Assembly: GCA_049115495.1 (NCBI GenBank)
Contig: JAGDZV010000001.1
Location: forward strand, 528,131-592,130
Length of the DNA stretch: 64,000 nucleotides
Direction of reading: 5' to 3'
Origin: Bacteroidia bacterium
GTDB lineage: Bacteria > Bacteroidota > Bacteroidia > CAILMK01 > JACPUW01
Below, in pieces: positions 59,027 through 64,000 of this stretch; position 1 is the stretch's first letter, and each line of letters opens with the position of its first letter. The position numbers and the translations under genes were made by a program. The notes beneath the pieces were generated by a model that did not search any database, was not told the origin of the DNA, and worked only from the letters and a program-made list of their open reading frames with translations.

Positions 59027-59608
59027 TTGGAAAACACTTTTTTAGAATTCTTAAAGCGGTTTAGATATTTAAGCCCTAAAGATCTCTATAACCTATATAA
59101 CATTGCCAAGCTTAAGAAGTACAAAGCAGGTGAAACTATAGTTAGAGAAGGAGACTTTTTTAAATACACCCTTGGCATTTCAAAAGGGCTTATAAGAACC
59201 TATGTAATTACGCATGAAGGTGAAGAACGAACGGTGCGTTTTGCTAGAGAAGGCCAATACGCTGGTAGCTCGGCAAGCGTTATAAATAATAAGCCATCAT
59301 TTGAGTATTTAGAAGTTCTTGAAGACACCTTTTGCATTGAGCTTGACTTGGTAGCCTTGAAAAAACTAACTGAAAATAATATTAGAATATTAAGACTTTG
59401 GGACGATGGAATTTGTGAAGCTTTTGTGGAAGCTATTGATAGAGTTCAATTTTTAACAACCCTAAGTCCGGAGCAGCGCTATAGGCAATTACTTAAAGAG
59501 AATCCGAGCCTAATTAACCGGGTGCAGCAAAAACACTTGGCATCGTATTTGGGTATTACCACAGTTTCACTTTCAAGAATAAGAAGTAGGGTTTTGAGCA
59601 AAGACTAG
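59027..59608 (+). CDS. Crp/Fnr-family transcriptional regulator
   Basis: cNMP-binding beta-roll plus C-terminal HTH (ASYLGITTVSLSRIR). Confidence 0.75.
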   Translation: MENTFLEFLKRFRYLSPKDLYNLYNIAKLKKYKAGETIVREGDFFKYTLGISKGLIRTYVITHEGEERTVRFAREGQYAGSSASVINNKPSFEYLEVLEDTFCIELDLVALKKLTENNIRILRLWDDGICEAFVEAIDRVQFLTTLSPEQRYRQLLKENPSLINRVQQKHLASYLGITTVSLSRIRSRVLSKD

Positions 59609-59846
59609 CTAAGCGCATTAATTAACAATTGTTATTTCGAGCCCATTTTAACTGACGTTGATTTGCACTCGTAAAAAACAAAAGTTATTTAGAATGCACC
59701 TAGTTTCAAAAAACTCATCTTATCAAGAATTACCAAAATCAGTAAAGTCTATTTTAAATGTTTGTAAATGCGTTGTATTCGCATCGCTTTTACCAGCAAT
59801 ATATTTCTTTGGCAAGTTGGTTACTGAACTCTAGAAGTTTACAGAA

Positions 59847-60311
59847 ATGAGAACTGTTATTGTTGATGTAAGAACAAAAAAGGAATTCAATGATTTTTGC
59901 ATTCCTGGAAGCGTTAATATTCCTTCGAATAGTTTTGGGATTAGAGACTTTGAACCTTTTAAAAACTCACACATCTCTTTGATCTGCGAAACCGGAAGAA
60001 GGGCGGCAAATGTTATGACAGAGTTAAAATGGGCTGGTTTTAGCGACGTTTCAATTCTTGACAAGCAAATGAGTGTACTCGCTGAAACTAAGAGTAAAAA
60101 CTCAACCGAAGGATGGACAATTGACAGACAATTTAGATTGACACTTGCGGTACTTTTAGGCATCTCTTTTCTTGGCATTTTCGTTGGCATTTTAGCCGCT
60201 TGGAGTATCCCCCTTATAATTTTCGCTGGACTTCTATATTCTTCAATTTCAAACAATTGCTTCCTAAAAATGCTTATTACTGCAATGCCTTGGAATAGAA
60301 AAGTTGCCTAA
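59847..60311 (+). CDS. rhodanese-domain protein fused to DUF2892-like membrane segment (YgaP-like)
   Basis: Rhodanese active-site loop CETGRRA. C-terminal two-helix hydrophobic segment. Confidence 0.6.
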   Translation: MRTVIVDVRTKKEFNDFCIPGSVNIPSNSFGIRDFEPFKNSHISLICETGRRAANVMTELKWAGFSDVSILDKQMSVLAETKSKNSTEGWTIDRQFRLTLAVLLGISFLGIFVGILAAWSIPLIIFAGLLYSSISNNCFLKMLITAMPWNRKVA

Positions 60312-60316
60312 CCTTT

Positions 60317-61162
60317 TTATTTCTTTTTAAGGTAAACAAACCAGTAAACAAACCCTACCAATACAGCGCCACCTATTACATTTCCAATAGTTACAGGCAA
60401 TAGGTTTCCCAATAAAAAATTCGTCCAATCTAAATCAGCAAAGTCATTTGGTACTTTGCCTATTGCATGCCAAAAAGTTTGGGGTGCAAATGACTTAATG
60501 AGCAAAGCCTTAAATATGAAGTACATATTGGCAATACTGTGTTCAAAACCGGCTGCTACAAAAGCTGTAATTGGAAATATAATGGCCAATATCTTGTCAA
60601 TTGTTGAGCGAGCACTAAAACACAGCCACACCGCCAGGCAAACAAGTATATTGCATAAAACACCAAGGGTAATGGCTTGTATAAAATTGAGTTGGCACTT
60701 TGCGGTGGCAATATTTAAGGCATTTAATCCAACGGCTCCGTTGTTAAATGTGTACTGCAACGAGTAAAACATGATAATTGCCAAAGAAAAGGCCCCTACC
60801 ATATTGCCAAAATAAACTATTCCCCAGTTTCTAAAAACTGCTCTTAAACTCACCTTTTTGCTGGCCCAGGCCATTACAATCAGGTTATTACCCGTAAAAA
60901 GTTCGGCACCGCCTACAATTACTAAAATGAGACCGAGACTAAACGCTAAACCGGAGAGCAACTTGGTCATTCCCCAATAAAGATTTGAGCTCGTAGTAAC
61001 CGTAGTAGCGAATATGGCACCTAAACCTATAAAGGCCCCGGCTAGCAAGGCTAAAACGAAAAGCTTGGAAAACTTCATTTTCGATTTTGCTACACCAATA
61101 TCTTGGGCTTTCTCTGCCATCTCGTTTGGCATGAATGCATTAAAGCTGTATTCTTTCTTCAT
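60317..61162 (-). CDS. formate/nitrite transporter (FNT) family channel
   Basis: FNT signatures (GGAELFTGNNL, …GNLLPVTIGNVIGG). Start taken at internal MKKEYSF; the ORF-track start is 61216. Confidence 0.8.
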   Translation of the reverse strand: MKKEYSFNAFMPNEMAEKAQDIGVAKSKMKFSKLFVLALLAGAFIGLGAIFATTVTTSSNLYWGMTKLLSGLAFSLGLILVIVGGAELFTGNNLIVMAWASKKVSLRAVFRNWGIVYFGNMVGAFSLAIIMFYSLQYTFNNGAVGLNALNIATAKCQLNFIQAITLGVLCNILVCLAVWLCFSARSTIDKILAIIFPITAFVAAGFEHSIANMYFIFKALLIKSFAPQTFWHAIGKVPNDFADLDWTNFLLGNLLPVTIGNVIGGAVLVGFVYWFVYLKKK

Positions 61163-61236
61163 GGTTTTGGTTTGAACTCTATTGAAGCTCAAAACTATGA
61201 AGGTAATTAGGACCAAAAACTGACTTGGCTCATTAA

Positions 61237-62175
61237 TTAGAATAATGACATTTCGTGAAGCCTTTCGCCTACCAATTTGGGTTTAAAACCTGTGGCGAAT
61301 GCCATTGAACAATTCATGCTTGCATCTTTAGCTCTTGGGGCGGCCATTTTTACATCATCGTTTGAAATACGCTTTATTAGGGCCTTATCAAAGCCAAAGG
61401 CATCGGCCATTTTTAACCCGAAATCATATCTACTTAAAGCTTCCTTTCCACCAAGATGAAGAACGCCTGAAACATACTCTGCAGCCATTAAAAGACCATT
61501 TGCCGCGTCATCAGCATATAAGGTGTTTCTTATTTCATCGTAGAAAAGACCCAAGGACTCCCCTGCTTTAAACTTTTCAATAAATCCTTGAATAAAACTC
61601 AAGCCAACTTTACCTACCGGACCAAACATTAAAGGCATTCTACAAATTGCGGCATTGGGCGCATTCTTGAGAATAATATCCTCAGCCATTGCTTTATGTT
61701 CACCATAGAGCATTATTGGGTTTCGGTCATCATCCTCTGCATAGTTTCCCTTTTTACCATCAAATACCAAATCGCTTGATGTAAAAACCAGTTTCACGCC
61801 TCTATCTGCACATTGCTTCGAAAGAATTTCGTTGGCAATTACGTTTCCTTTACTACTTTCGACGGGGTTGAGTTCACAAAAATTAGGATGAGAAGCCGCC
61901 GCACAATGTATTATGATCTCTGGCTTTGCTGCGTCTAGCATGTCTACCACTTCTTTCTCTGAAGAAAGGTCAGTTTTAAAAGATATTACTCCTTCAATCT
62001 CTGGATCATGACTTCTATGTTGGGCACTAACGTAGTAGCTTTCTCTAGCCACTTTTACCACATTCCAACCTAAAAAGCCACTTGCTCCTGTAACTAAAAG
62101 TTTCTTTTTCAATGTATTATTTGATAATTCGTATCCAAATGAAAAAACCTGAATCTCCCGAATCGATCGGAACAA
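61237..62175 (-). CDS. NAD-dependent epimerase/dehydratase (extended SDR)
   Basis: LVTGASGFLG Rossmann motif and YxxxK (YGEHKAMAE). Confidence 0.75.
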   Translation of the reverse strand: MFRSIREIQVFSFGYELSNNTLKKKLLVTGASGFLGWNVVKVARESYYVSAQHRSHDPEIEGVISFKTDLSSEKEVVDMLDAAKPEIIIHCAAASHPNFCELNPVESSKGNVIANEILSKQCADRGVKLVFTSSDLVFDGKKGNYAEDDDRNPIMLYGEHKAMAEDIILKNAPNAAICRMPLMFGPVGKVGLSFIQGFIEKFKAGESLGLFYDEIRNTLYADDAANGLLMAAEYVSGVLHLGGKEALSRYDFGLKMADAFGFDKALIKRISNDDVKMAAPRAKDASMNCSMAFATGFKPKLVGERLHEMSLF

Positions 62176-62201
62176 AAAGTTCTTGGTGATGTAAATAAAA
62201 C

Positions 62202-64000
62202 TTACTGAACTACTACAATTCTATGTAGTGACTTTCCATTTTGACCATTTACTTGTACAAAGTAGGTTCCTGATGGCAAAGAAGGTAAGCTTATTTTGTC
62301 TTTTGAAAATCCGCTTAGTCTTCGTTTTCCTGTAATGTCAGTTATTACGAAATTGAAGTTTCCTGCACCTAAAACAATTAAGTAATCATTGGCAGGGTTT
62401 GGAAACACTTTTACCCCCTTAGAAATATGATCAATGCCAACAATAGTTACATTTTCTTCAGCTGACGAATTGAAACAACCATTTTCATCTGTTACTTCAA
62501 CGGTATAAAGCCCACTTTCACTGGCAATAAAATATGGATTTGTGCTTGTTCCAACTTCATTACCATCTTTAAACCACTTGTATGAGCTTGCAATGGCCGT
62601 AGTATATATGCTATCGTTTTCGCTAGCAATATCAGGTTTCGCTGGTAATGGGTTTACGTTTATAGTAATTTCTGAAGAGCTTGTTTCGCAGCCATTATTA
62701 TCTGTAGCTGTTACAGAGAAAGTTCCCGATGCATCAACTGTGATTTTGTTGCCTGTATTGTTATTGCTCCACAAATAGCTGGTAAATCCACTTGATGCTT
62801 CAAGGTCAACCGATCCGCCTTCGCAAAACTCTGTGGCTCCTGAAGGGGTAATACTTGGGTCTGTAGTTGAATAAATACTGGTTTGAACAGAGCTCGCACT
62901 TCCTGAGCACCCATTGGCGTCAGTTACCGTAAGTTCAATTGTTACGGCCGAGCTTACGGTAATGGTTTGTGTACTTTCATTGGTACTCCAATCATATTTA
63001 CTGTACGATTGATCAGCGCTCAGGTCTGTACTTCCACCAGGGCAAAAACTTAAAGCACCTTTAATGCTTGGCGTTGGATTGGCATTTACTTTAACAAAAA
63101 CACCAGTGGTGTCACTGCAATTGGAATTCCCAATTGTTTTGCTCACTTCAAGGCTATACCAGCCCGTTTTGTCAGCAGTAATTGTTGAATTTGGGCTAGT
63201 ACCATTCTTCCATGTCCAGCTATTGGTTGCGCCGCTAACACCGCTAAGGTCAACACTATTCCCTTCGCAAAACTCAAGTGCTCCATTTGCACTAATATTT
63301 GCTTTTACGCTACCGCATGCATCTAGTTCAAATTTTCTGATGGCATTATTGTTTTGATCACAAAACAGATATTCAAAAGCAGAAATTTGAAGTATAGCCT
63401 TTGCACCATCTAACAGAGCATTTGTGTCGTTATCGTTTTTATAACCGCAAAAAATTCTTGGATACTTTCCTACAAAAAAGGTATCGGCTCCATTTAAACC
63501 AGAGATCTGACAACCATGCGAAGTAATAATACTCCCGCTACTATCTACCAATACCGCTTCAGGTGTCCATAGGTCTTTAAATACCGTAGAAACAGAACCT
63601 GAGCTCTTCTCTATAAATCTAATTCTGCTATTGCTTTTGTCAGCAACATAGATATTGTCGCTACTGTCTATATATAATCCTGTTGGATAAAAGAACTTAG
63701 CCTTAGTATCTTTATCTCCATTAGCAAGGCCACTTATTCCGGGGTCGCCGGCATACGTAGTAACCACTCCGGCAGATGAAATCATTCTTATACAGTGGTT
63801 TCCGGCATCAGCAACGTAAATATTTCCTTTTGAATCCACTGCAACATCGCTAGGTGTATCGAACTCAGCCGCGCTTCCGGTAGCATCATTATGTCCTGAT
63901 GTTCCGGCTTTACCAGCCAATAAGGTTACCTCTTGTGAAGTTGAAACTTGACTAAAGTTATCCATTTGCCTAATGGTATGATTTCCGGCATCGGCTATAT
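62202..64000 (-). CDS. T9SS C-terminal-sorting-domain cargo protein with NHL and Ig-like repeats (N-terminus beyond window)
   Basis: C-terminal VKVFPNPANDYL…GTYFVQV por-secretion CTD. Repeated NHL-type blocks (YVADAGNH, YVADKSNSRIRF). Reading frame stays open past the window edge. Confidence 0.75.
   Translation of the reverse strand, partial: IADAGNHTIRQMDNFSQVSTSQEVTLLAGKAGTSGHNDATGSAAEFDTPSDVAVDSKGNIYVADAGNHCIRMISSAGVVTTYAGDPGISGLANGDKDTKAKFFYPTGLYIDSSDNIYVADKSNSRIRFIEKSSGSVSTVFKDLWTPEAVLVDSSGSIITSHGCQISGLNGADTFFVGKYPRIFCGYKNDNDTNALLDGAKAILQISAFEYLFCDQNNNAIRKFELDACGSVKANISANGALEFCEGNSVDLSGVSGATNSWTWKNGTSPNSTITADKTGWYSLEVSKTIGNSNCSDTTGVFVKVNANPTPSIKGALSFCPGGSTDLSADQSYSKYDWSTNESTQTITVSSAVTIELTVTDANGCSGSASSVQTSIYSTTDPSITPSGATEFCEGGSVDLEASSGFTSYLWSNNNTGNKITVDASGTFSVTATDNNGCETSSSEITINVNPLPAKPDIASENDSIYTTAIASSYKWFKDGNEVGTSTNPYFIASESGLYTVEVTDENGCFNSSAEENVTIVGIDHISKGVKVFPNPANDYLIVLGAGNFNFVITDITGKRRLSGFSKDKISLPSLPSGTYFVQVNGQNGKSLHRIVVVQ

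Noticed and set aside
59831-60256. 141-aa minus-strand ORF overlapping the rhodanese gene
   Set aside because: The opposite-strand rhodanese/DUF2892 ORF has a clear active-site motif. The minus-strand ORF has none, so it is judged spurious.
1-64000. CRISPR arrays, tRNA/rRNA genes, integrases or prophage
   Set aside because: I scanned the intergenic regions of 75 nt or more for regularly spaced short direct repeats and for tRNA T-arm (GTTCRANYC) signatures and found none. No recombinase or transposase-like ORFs are present.

Overview
This 64-kb window looks like a low-GC Bacteroidota chromosome segment, probably Flavobacteriia-like. The evidence is a T9SS C-terminal sorting domain, GldD, DUF4296/DUF4834/DUF1573 families, frequent GTG/TTG starts and TAnnTTTG -7 promoter boxes. 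It is densely coding and mostly housekeeping: gatB, htpG, yggS, purQ, carB, recG, queE, folD, pdxH, nusB-yajC-coaE, gyrB, queD, cdd, dnaK, panB. I found no rRNA, tRNA, CRISPR array, integrase or transposase. The non-routine content is: (1) a photoreception/photorepair island with three cryptochrome/photolyase-family paralogs (a divergent CPF, CRY-DASH and an FeS-BCP (6-4)-type), plus an unannotated 42-aa DUF2256 gene overlapping the first photolyase stop and a TIGR03643/DUF2805 gene nearby; (2) a previously unannotated ~120-bp MITE-like palindromic repeat family, in three full copies and one solo hairpin, built from hairpins sharing an AACTTGATT loop, with two copies bracketing a metallophosphoesterase gene; (3) a glycosyltransferase locus where a ~470-bp, ~97%-identical direct repeat (the 3' half of a GT4 gene) flanks a GT-C-type membrane glycosyltransferase gene, leaving a truncated GT4 fragment; (4) a second local duplication that copies the last 21 codons of the FeS-BCP photolyase plus the start region of the downstream secreted-protein gene; (5) a divergent AsnB-like amidotransferase / MBOAT / SGNH(DltD-AlgJ-like) module; (6) missed small genes (DUF2256, DUF5522) and tandem small basic lipoprotein paralogs. 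All family assignments rest on recognisable motifs in the translations, not on database searches.
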